Both the position numbers and the translations under genes were made by a program. Positions 49,055-60,300 of a stretch of 64,000 nt of DNA are shown piece by piece. Below the pieces are notes generated by a model, which saw only the letters and a program-made list of their open reading frames with translations, did no database searches and had not been told where the DNA came from. The DNA is from Lingula anatina (Eukaryota > Animalia > Brachiopoda). Position 1 is the stretch's first letter. The number at the start of each line of letters is the position of its first letter. The DNA is taken from contig CM120640.1 of NCBI GenBank assembly GCA_051362555.1, positions 496,001 to 560,000 of the forward strand, read 5' to 3'.

Positions 49055-52000
49055 TTAGTAAATTGGCTTTGCATATGTTTTATATTTACAGTCAAAATTT
49101 AAGTGAAAATGGCAGACAGCATGGCCTGTCCTCAAACCTGGCGCCCCCTACTTCTCACCTGTCCAGCACCTGCCAAGACGAGGATTCCATTGTAGACAAT
49201 GACTCTTCCACAGGGAACATTCAGAGAACAAACTTACAGACTAGAATGGTATGTGTTTAATACATAAGAAGTTAGTTATTAACTGTTTTTAATGTAAAAG
49301 TTGGTTTATACAATTTTAATCAACTTAAAAGTCATTTTTAATATAGTTGAGTTTGTTGTATAAGTTATTCATTTTAATGGTAAATTGGAAATAAAAAAGA
49401 TGCTATTTTGAACTGTTGGTGTTACTATTTTTTGTGAAGATTGGACATTTCTGATATTTACTGTACATAATGTTTCAGATGCCACTTAAGCACAGACAGG
49501 CCACACCTTCCATTTCATTATCCAGATTTGTGTATGATGATTTTGATGCTGCTAGAATTGAGATGGAGAAAGATAATGATGGTTTTGTCAAATATCTACT
49601 TAAATTACATTATAGGTTAGTGTAAAAATTGATGACAAATATTTTATTCAACAATGTAAAGATGTGTTTTTTCCTTTCTTTAAATAAAGTTGGTTTTGAT
49701 TGAGAGTAGCCTTGAAAAATTCCCCTTTCAGTAATTGTCTGCTCACATAAATGTCTCATTTCTATGAACAAAAATTTACTTATGTTTTACATGCACTGTA
49801 CATTAAATTAAACTCTGGACAACAAAATTATCTTCTTAGTCGATGACTTTGTCATTTCAAGTATTATATTTATTGTTTCTTTCATCTATTCAGGCATTGT
49901 GTTGAGGGTGATGAGATGAACTACTCAGACCTTGGAGGCTCAGAGAGTGAAGCTGCTGAAATGGAAGATATTCAACAACAGGATGCTCACCAAGATAAAG
50001 ATTGCAGAAATGAACATGTAGAACCTCAAGTTGATAACAGAAATACTCAGGATGAAGTCTTAGATCTGTCCACTGTGCGTGTGAAGAAAGAAGGGGAGAG
50101 AACACTGGATAATCTCTATACTAAAACTTGGTCTAATCAGAGATTGGAAGACCAATCAATGTCAGCTACACAGAAAGTAGACATGGACACTAGACACACA
50201 GACTCAGTAAATAGATCTGCCAACTACAACAAGAAACTGGTATTTATCAATGCTGTTGATCCGGCTTCCAAAAATACTGCCAATGTGACTGCATCAACAG
50301 CTGCACCAGCCGTTGCCACGGCAACTTCTGGTTATTTATCCCAGCAGCTCAGCACCAGCAAGTTATCCCAGCCAGTGTCCAGTATGGTGGACCAGGTGGG
50401 CTTCCCTGTCATGATGGCCACTGGGATAGGCTCCTATGCTTCAGTTAACCAAGCCATCCCATTGCTGGCAATACCCACCTCTTTCAGTCCAAATATTCCC
50501 AGTGGCACAGCAGCCTGGTCAGTGCCAGTGAACAATTACAGTAATAGCCAGTCTTCCAGCAGTAACATTACCATGTCAGGGACAGCAGACTCTCCCAGTG
50601 GTTTACCGTCCTCAGTGACAGTACGGGAATTGATATATGGAGATCACACTGGTCAGAGAGGAAGGAGAAGGAAAACCCAGTGGACACATTACACTCCTCA
50701 TCTCTCTACCAGTCACCCTGCTATGGCCACTGCTGCTGTGGATACTCCGTCCAATGCCACATATGACTCTGTCCATCAGGGGCCTGTAAGCACAGCCAGA
50801 ACTGCTCACAGCGCCCTGACCAGTGCCTTCACCACCACAGAGAGGTCTGCCTTGTCACAGATTGACACTGCCAAGACAAGAGATGTCCCTCTCAAACAAA
50901 AGTCAAAAATTGTTCAATACCAGTTGATGCATCCAGGGAAAGAACGAGTCACAAAAAGTGGAGTTACATTTTGTGAGTTTCGCTTCACAGATCGCCATCT
51001 TGTCCAGCCCAAAGTCCGAGGTTATGGAGGAAAAAAGCTGTCATCCGTGCCTAAGAGATATTCTCCCAGAAAACGCCAGGAGCCTATTCCAGGGACTTGC
51101 AAATTCAAGTTGGATAAAGAGACAGGAGATCTTGTCAGAAAAGAAAGAACTTGGATGCCTCCCATAGTTCAAGATGAACAGGGCAGCAGCTATCCTCAGA
51201 ATATGAACCCTGCCCAAACCACTGCAACACAGCAGCAGGTGGACCATCAGAACAATAACAGTACTCTGTCAGATCCTCACTGTGGGTCAGAAGACCAGTT
51301 TGACCTTCAAGGTCACGAGGACAAACATGCCCTAGACACTGGAGATAACATCATATGTGAGCTAGATGAGGAGGAGGAGGAAGAGGAACAGTCACAAGAA
51401 GTCAGCGGTAATGTAAGTGTGAATCAAACTGCAGAGAACCAAGGAGAAGGCCCCAGCTTGCAGTGGGAAATAAACCAGAAGTTTATGGGCAACGGCAGCA
51501 CCATGCAAATCTTCACAATGGCCATGTCCTGTTCTGTGTGCAGAAAGTCCTTCAAGTCAAAGAGGGCCCTAGAAAGTCATGAGAAGACCCATGGGAGTGC
51601 TGACCCCCCTTTCCAATGTCAGCTCTGTGGATTTGAGGCCAAGTTTTACTACACTATGGACATCCATATGAAATCTACCCACGAGAACACAGATAAACGG
51701 TGTGACCATTGTGGAGAAAACGTACCAGATCATAACATACAGCAACACATGCAGCTAGTCCATGAGGACATGGCTCATATTTGTGGAGAGTGTGGGAAAC
51801 TTTTCTTCAGTCAACAAAAACTGAATCTCCACATTTCTCAGTCCCACAGTGCCAAGGAGGTGTTGACTTGCCCGTATGATGATTGCAGCACTGAATTAAA
51901 AAACCAGCAGTTGGCATCTAAACATGTCCAGGTTGTACACTACAAGATAAAGCCTTACCATTGTGATGTCCCGGGCTGCGGCAAGTCATTTGTAAGTCAA

Positions 52001-52219
52001 ACCACATTAAACAGCCATCTTCTGGTGCACTCCGGGGATAAGCATCACACATGTAAGTTTTGTCAGCAACGCTTTCGTACAAACTGGCAACTGAAGGTGC
52101 ACATGCGTCGACACACAGATGAGAAGCCGATTAAATGTGACCAGTGTGACTATCGCTGTCGTCAGAGAGCCTCGTTGAACTGGCACATGAGAAAACACAG
52201 ACAGCATTGCGTGTCTTGA
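44482..52219 (+). CDS. C2H2 zinc-finger protein of the ZFP91/ZNF692/ZNF653/ZNF276 group, 962 aa, 4 coding exons
   Basis: Exons 44482-44750, 49092-49248, 49479-49615, 49894-52219 (2889 nt, phase-consistent). AT-hook-like GRPKK and W..EK.RLGL.SDSQFIQHLL N-terminal motif, about 8 C2H2 fingers ending CDQCDYRCRQRASLNWHMRKH, the hallmark finger of this family. Confidence 0.88.
45165..47213 (+). mobile_element. Second Helentron/HINE-like element nested inside the first, with a ~340-bp dimer and a 161-bp tandem array
   Basis: Starts AACAAG. Subterminal ATGTACAGACA (45187) is inverted to TGTCTGTACAT (47198). Perfect hairpin TATGTACAGACACA-TC-TGTGTCTGTACATA (47180-47209) followed by an A run. (GACGGC/GAC)n at 47112-47165. 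Confidence 0.7.
46320..47103. repeat. 161-bp tandem satellite, about 5 copies
   Basis: AGTGAAAAAACAGCATAAATT..CATGCTGATTTTCGAACTTGACCTGCG recurs at 46641, 46802, 46963 and in diverged form upstream. Confidence 0.9.
47297..47990. repeat. 146-bp tandem satellite, about 5 copies, each with AGGTCAAAGGTCA
   Basis: GTAGGTCAAAGGTCAA at 47297, 47441, 47587, 47733, 47879. Confidence 0.92.
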
Positions 52220-53102
52220 AGTACAGTGGAGAGGAATGCAGTAGACGCACTTTACTATTACTATGCAAGGAACTTTTTCTTTGTGCCATATTGAAGAGTC
52301 ATTGAATATTGTTAATTTATTTTTCCCTTTTTTTTTTGCATCCAGACAATCCATAATTTATAATACCGTTTATTTTCACTAATGTGAAGTGTGCATATAT
52401 CAATTTGCTTAAGATGAAAGAGACTTGCGACAATATCATGTTTGTTTAACAAATAATAATTTAAAATAATTTGTATACATTTACATATATTCTTGCATGT
52501 ATAGTGTTTATATTGCTTTGTGCCAAACTTTATAATCTTGATCATCCACTTACTTTCACATAAATGTGCTGTATAAGGGGTTTGTACACTTCTTAAATAC
52601 AAACATGTACACATTTAGTTGTAAGCAATTTTTTTTACAAATCAAAATAATATATTGTAATTGCACATTACAATCAGTCTGTGTTCTGAAAAACCTGTCG
52701 CGGAAAATGATCTGCAGAATAATTTTACTTTAATTATGATTTGTTTTGTTTGTAGACAATATTTTTTCTTTCAAGTTTACAACTGGTGCTAATAATCTGA
52801 TAAACAGTTGATATTAGCTGTGCATTTCTGCCACTTTTCATCAGAAACCAGAAGTAAAAATCTTTTTGTGAATGAGATTCAGTTTGAGACAATTTTTTTC
52901 TATTGTATATTTGAAGGAACATGAGCTGAGGCAAATAGCCTTGAAAAGATAAGTGTGTCAGATATTAGATATGAAAGTATTAATTTGAAAAGTTATTAAC
53001 TAATACCATGAACATGTTGTTTGTAAAGATCAGTGAATTACATTTAAATTTTTGTATTTGTCCAACTTGCAAGAAGAATGGTGCTCTTTGTTAAATGTGA
53101 TA

Positions 53103-53252
53103 GTACTTACTGGGCATGTTCACACTTAGAACAAGTATTTACTGGGCGTGTTCACACTTAGAACAAGTATTTACTGGGCGTGTTCACATTTAGAACAAGT
53201 ACTTACTGGGTGTGTTCACACTTAGGACAAGTATTTACTGGACGTGTTCACT
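53103..53252. repeat. 32-bp minisatellite, about 4.7 copies
   Basis: GTATTTACTGGGCGTGTTCACACTTAGAACAA repeated between the convergent zinc-finger and AGBL5 3' ends. Confidence 0.9.
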
Positions 53253-54315
53253 TGGGACAGTTTCCTCCCATACATGTTCTGCCCAACACTTCCAAAATTG
53301 AACATATATTTCCCTTCACGTATGCATATGATGTGTAAAGGACGGATTGTTTTTAGTATTTCTTAGTTTTTTTGGATTGTTTTATTTCTATACTTACTGT
53401 ATAGCATTGCTGTTGTTAAAGGTCAAGTTTCTCAAGTGCAATTGTGAAAGTACAATAGTGATGGATACTGAAATTACCACATCATTTCATTATTAAGGTT
53501 TTTTTTTTTATTAAAACTACAAGTACAGACTGTTAGAAATAAATTTTTTTAACTTTCAGCAATCACTTTGTCTTTGTCACTCTTTCCAAAGTAGACTATG
53601 TGTAACCCTTATACGCACCTCACACTCATGATAAAAAAATACCTTGGGTGGTATTCATACAGAGGCTCTCACAAGTTCTAAGAAAGTATAGTAATGTGAT
53701 CCATCTACTTCTAGTTTTTGCCATTTTAGACTTGCACACAGAATGAACTAATGGGCAACCTTTTAACTGCACAGAAATTTTTATTTCTGGACAAAATACA
53801 AATGATATTAAAAGGCTTTACATTTCTGTCTCGTAAAACTTAGAAAACTACAAAATAATTAAAAATTGTGCCCAACACTGCCAGGTACTTGGATCACTAA
53901 AAAAAGAAAACACTTGGTCTACTGGGATAAAAAATGATATACTTTGAATACTGATATACTATGTAGGTAAAGTCCTTTTTTAAATACTATCATACTATTA
54001 TACAAAGAATTAATTTACAAGAATACTACCTCACTAGTTAGCACTGCAACATCTGCAGAATATCAATAAATACAGGACAGTATACTATGCATAAGTTAGT
54101 TGGGCTTTTTGGCACTTCTTTAAAAATGTACACACCTAATTTACAATATACATTACAAATACTGATTTTTCTCTAGACTAGAAGAAACAATATCTGGCTT
54201 GTGCGAAATACTTGAACTTCATGTGTTTTGATGAAGTTAGAAGTTGATTCAGAACTTCAGATATTTTGATGGAGTCAGAGGTCGACCATGAACTTTGTAT
54301 TTTTTAAAAATAAAA

Positions 54316-57300
54316 TTAGAAATCCACCCAGAAGCTGGTAGTGGAGTCTGGTCTTGAAGATTGCAGGTCCAAAACATTGCAAGCTAATGTTGGTTTATTT
54401 GCTGGCTTGGGCTGAAATGATTTAAAAAATAATAATAATATGATGATGAAATTCCAATCAAAATTATACACTAAAAGTCACTGTTTCCATGTCACGATGT
54501 GACGGCAAATTTTTGCAACAATCAGGTCTGTTAAAATCCTGAGAAATTATAAACATGGCAGGGACCTTGGCAATTAAAAAAAATCATAATCCATTCTACC
54601 TTATGGCTCAGAAAAAAAAAATGCCTCAGCCTAATTTAAAAGAAAACTATTTCTAAATGACTGACCTTCTCTATGACAAAAGTTCTTCTCAGTCTGCTGG
54701 TTGGTCGTCTGGCCGCTGTGGACCCTGGTTCTTGACTGCTGGTGGTGGGTCTGTACGGAAGGAGAAATATTGAAGTTTTTATATTTCACAAAGATAAAAA
54801 GAATTCTGAATTAGCATCCTACTCTGTTCATTTTTTAACTAAATACTTAAAACATTATCACAATAAATGAAGCAAATTAAAAAAAAAAAAGACTTTTAAA
54901 AATCTTGCCAAGCACAACAAATATGCTGTACATAAAGTTAAGAACGTCTAAAGCTGACCCATAAGCTGACAGGTGAAAAACTAAGTTGAAATTCTACCTG
55001 AGTAAGACAAAGGGCATTCTAATATCAACTTGCTGACTTAAATGGAGTTTATAGCTGCATGTCTTTAATTAGAGAAGAGTGAAACATAACAATCTATGAA
55101 ATAAAGAATGGAAGGAAGCATTATGCACCACACCCACTCTAATGAAAATAAAAACTACGTAAACAATGCATCATGTTTAGGACAATTTGGACAAGCATGT
55201 AAATCTTTTTCTTGATTTGTTCCACACGCCCATTTAAAAAGTTTTAATGAGGGCATTCAATGTACACTAGTCTGTTATTTTGGTATAAAAAGTTAATACT
55301 AAACACTAATAAACAAAATTATTAATTTCCTCATCATTCAAAAATATTTAATACTTAGCAACAGCAAACATAAGAAACACCTTGCACAGTATGTGATGCA
55401 TTCCTTTGGTGTACAAATACATTATACAGAACAACAGACATTATGTACACATACAACACATCCATGTCTACCATATAATGATAATGGAGGTAATGAACAC
55501 TTTTTCCAATTAAAAGGGGCTGAACCTGTATCAAAAGCAATGTGGCTAGTTTCTACTATTCTACAAGTAACATCCCTCCCAAGGCATTAGGGACTAACTC
55601 TACTTTTGAAGATTAATTAATGAATAAGATTATAATTTATACCTGAACATGCTAACAAGGAAACATTTTGTTTAGCTCAGTTTCTGCTCTTTCAGTGTGA
55701 GCAAATTTTGCAGAAATAATGTGGCATTATATGAATATGAGAAAATTAAATAAAAGAGTTTGGATTTATGTCAATGGACATTATTTTTGAGAAAAAAGTA
55801 GGAAGAAAAACCCAAGAGGCCTTATGACTGGGATATGGGGAGGGGGGGGGGGGGAGGGAGGGTTAAGCAAAAGCCGATGAAAAAGTATCCAATTTCCAAT
55901 TCAAATCAGAAAAAAAAATTCTGTTTCAAGTTTGAATTCTAGTCACCTTGGAGAGAGTAGCACAGCACTTCCTTCAGCAGTGATAACAGGAGGTTCTCCT
56001 GGAACACAAAGTGACAGCTAAACACAAACTACTCTTTATTATGGACCCACACATTCATTCAAGCCATCAATCTGATGTCAGCTTCTATGGACCCTCCTCT
56101 TCTATAAGCCATGCATTCCACAAGTGACACAATTAGCAAAAATAAATAAATAATTAAATAAAACTGAAGAAAAATAAGAACTAAATCATTAAATTAAAGC
56201 AAGGCCCAAATGCATAATAACTAAAACAAATTTGGAAAAGAATCCACATAAAGAGCATCTAGTAGTTTTGAAGACAGTCTGCAGTTAAAACAATTTTAGT
56301 AGCACCCAGATTAAGAAACAAACCATCAATCTACCAAACCAAGCATCTAAACCAACACATCCCAACCTACCTGTCAGTGACACCATGGACTCAGCACCAG
56401 TCTGAGAGGTCATCTCTACGGCAACAGTGGTGCTCTGTATCACCTCAGAACTACTTAACACCTTCCTCATCCCCTTAGCAGTGGGAGGCTTTCTCTTCAT
56501 CACTCTCCTCCTCTCAGCCTCACTGTCAGTGCCACTGGTGCTGGTCTTGCGTTGTGGGTAGGCACCTGTGCCACCGCCATTCTTGGGACTGTGGGATGCG
56601 CTGCGCCGTTTGGGGTTCAGAATTTTCTTTCCACGTCTTTTGGGTGGATCAGAGCTGTAAGAGTGAACGGATATCAGGCATTGTTAATGGGACTGCAAGT
56701 AGGAGGTCAATCTCACTGTTTAAACACATTCCAAAGAGAATCATTTTTGACGTCCCTAATTAATTTGGCAATCTGTAGAGATCTTATAATGAAACTGTAT
56801 TGCTTAAAAGGTCAAAATCTGATGAGTTTTTTTCTCATGAATTCAGTGAAACACATAGTGCTGGTAGCCTGGCACCTAACCCTGATGATTCATATTAAAA
56901 GATAACTTACTTAGGTAGATCCCAGCCTTTTCCACCACTCAGATGACTTGGAGGCTTATGTCTCAGAGGGAAATTATCATTCAGCTAAAAAAGAAAGGTT
57001 AACATAGCATTTAGTACCTAAGTCGATAAACCATTCAGAAACATATTGACAGTTACAATAATAAAAAAAACAGAATGACAGAAAGATGAATACTTTTAAA
57101 AAATGTCCTCCATCTGGTAACAAGTACCTTTTAACATTTTAAAAGAGGAAGGTGAATTAAAAAAAAATCTAATATTTCGAGAGAATTAATGCCAGCAGTC
57201 AGAATGACTTATAAATACTTTACCTTCTGCAGCTGCTGTACTTTCTCTTCCTCCATGCTCTGAATAGAGCCGTCATTGGAGTTCGGCCTCATCATGAACG

Positions 57301-60300
57301 GTGGAGATATCCCAGCATGCTCCTCCTCAAGGTGTGCCTGCTGCACCTGCTGTATCAGCTGCGCCCTCTGCAGGGACAGATCACTGGTGAAATGGCGGCG
57401 CTGGCGAGCCTGGGTCACAAAATCAGTGATGCCACTCACTGCTTGTGGCCCAGATTGGACGCTGCGGACGGCCGGTTGCTGGACACCTTGACCCGGGTGA
57501 TGACCAGGAGGGCCAGTAGGATTGTGCTGGACATTTTCATTGGAATGTGAGAACTGCAGTCTGTGGATGACAGAGTCACTCTGTGAGTGGTACCCCAGCT
57601 TCAGCATGTCCACGTGTGGCTGCGACTTTCTCTTCAACTCCTGTCCCACACTGGATTTACTGACAGGCTGACTGCTGGGGTGACCCGGGGGACTGACTCT
57701 GCTGGAGCTGTTCTTCAGAAAGCCTCCAGCCGTAGGCACCTCTGCCATACCTGCCAGGCCACCCCCTGTAGAGGAGAGCTGGTGAGCCAGCTGGTACTTC
57801 TGAAACAGCTCCGTGTTGGGGCCATTGGCCAGGCTGGGGTGCTTGGGGAGATTCAGCTTCATGTCCGTGGTGACGGTGGTGTAGGCCATGGTAGCACTGG
57901 TTGTCATGGTAACCGTGGTGGTCGTGGGTGTGACACTGGCAGTTGATGACATGGGGACAGATACGACAGGGGAGTTCTTCACCATTCTTCTGTTGTTGTC
58001 TGTGCTGGCTGCTTTACCTGGAATAATTTTAATCAAGAATATTGTGCCACTGTGCATGTTTTGTGATTCCTTTCAAATCAATGACTACTCTTAGATTAAA
58101 GCCACTATCCTAATATCTAGGTATCAGGCCTTTTTATTTGGTAGAGATATTTTTCTAAGCCACTATAATCTATATGTCCTTACAATGTGAAAGCAAATAA
58201 ATTATAATTTTTCTATATTAATCTTCTTAAGATTCATTTCATTCTGAAATTTTAACCACTCAGACTCCTCACCAGCTTTGACTGGGCCCAGCTCCTTCTT
58301 GCTGTTCTGTGAGGTGAGGAGTGGTCTCCTGTTGGTAAAGCTCCCCCTGGTGGTAGTGGTATTGGTGGTCCCTGTTCCACCAGTGGCAGAACTGATACGG
58401 GAGAACGAGGAGGTCTTGCTGATGTTGGTATGAGGGGTGGCATGTGAGGCTACAATGCTGGAAAAAGGAAAAAAAAGATACAAACAGTTAGGTATGATAT
58501 TTGAGGTTAATATCATTATGTAAGAAACATTTCCGTTATACATTTACTATATTCCAATGTACACAAAGTTTTTAATCCACATCAGAATCTCTAAATTTGT
58601 GCAACACTATAATATAATATCATATAAGTGTGACAAGTAAAGTATGACAACCAAATGGAAATAAAATACTTCTCTCACTTCAGGTATTAGTGTTAAAAAA
58701 CAGCAAAATCAGACAGGAAAAGAGAATAATTTTTTCACCTATAAACCAAAATCATCACTGAGCTCACCTTGAGGTTTTAGCGGCAGCTCTGGCCATGTTC
58801 CTGGGTAGTCGTGGAGCACCTCTCAGACTCCTTACGTACCTCCTCACCCAGTCGCGGACCCCAGCAAGACTGTTATGTTCAGAGTTGGTGATCCGCGTCC
58901 AGGGGTTGGTGTCTGTCATGTCCAACGCTGCAATGGCAGAGGCTCGGCCAACCTGGGAAATGGCAAGTAATTTCTTTGATGTTTGTCAATGCACTGTTTA
59001 ATTTTCAAAGAGATTTTTGAACATTTTTTATTATATTCCCAGGTTGAGTATTAAATGACAGAGTATAAAAAAGTATATAAATAAAACAGAGTATAAAGTC
59101 TCTTTTTTTCTTCCACCTGATAGCTAAAAAAGCATACTTGGTGATGACTTAAAAACTCACCATTCCATCACATTCCATATTATTAAGTAATTTTTAACCA
59201 ACTACTTCATTTCAGAAGAAAAACATTTTCATCATGAATAATACTAAAACCTCACCTCCTCATAATGGGCAATAGTGTACTTAGGTGGAAACCCTGCCAC
59301 GGGGGGCGGCGTGGCTTTGCCGTCATCTCCACAGGCCGTAGGTACGGAATTCACCAGCCTCCCAGTGTTGTAGTTACACTCCAGAGTATAACTGAAGTAC
59401 AGGAATACCGTCACAATAAATAGTTAACAGTCAGTGACACAGATATTCTGTTCTCTTAACATCTCTAGCATTTTTCTGCATCAATACCAAATTTAACTTT
59501 CCTCACAATTTTAATCAATCAGTATGTATACATGTTACTACTCACAATATGAAGATTTATCAAAAATGTTTAATAAAATCCCAGTTATCTTGACCTTAGT
59601 TACACCTGCCAGAAGCCTGGAGGGCACAATTTTATCTACTGTGATAAAAGCCTTATGTCACTAACGTACCTGTGAATAATCCCCAGTGCTTTATACATGG
59701 CTACCCTTCCACTGCCCTCCTTGGAGAAACCGTCTCTCTTGTCCTTAGCGTACATGTTTCTCTCACTGAAGTTACAGCCAGTGAAGTCAAAGTGTGCCGT
59801 GTTGATGGAGATCAATTTGGGGTAGAGGAAATTTTCCACCTGTAAGTCGAAAATTCATAACTTCAGGTTCTTGAAAATTATGTCATTTAATTGAGACACT
59901 AGTGCTTATCTACATTATTGGCCGATTGCAAATATCTACCATTTAGCAAGTTGATTGTTCACTTAAATGAAATGACCTATTTTCTGAGCTATTACAGCCA
60001 TTATTGCCAACCTATTTATCAATGCTATACCACCTAAGTTTCTTTGTTTATTTGCACCAAAGTCTAAACTTAGAATACATTTTCACAGACATTTCTAGAA
60101 GTGACATCAGTTTTCTCAGTCAGAATACCTGTTTGTCCTCCTCAGGGAAATAATTGCCGTAAATGAAGCAGCCACGTTTTGAGGCATGACCATGAAGGTC
60201 CATATAGATGGCTATCCCACTCTCCGAGGGGTGGATCTCCTGTAACCTGTAGTCACTGAGATGTGGAGAGCAGGGGGCCTGTCCCGGGACAGGGCCACCC

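Noticed and set aside
48797-49102. Protamine-like RRSRRS / poly-K ORF
   Set aside because: Translation of the 9-bp repeat and poly-A at the end of the HINE-like element, inside an intron.
56655-56715. Alternative AGBL5 acceptor at 56715
   Set aside because: Gives a frameshift and stop within ~22 codons; the acceptor at 56654 keeps the frame.
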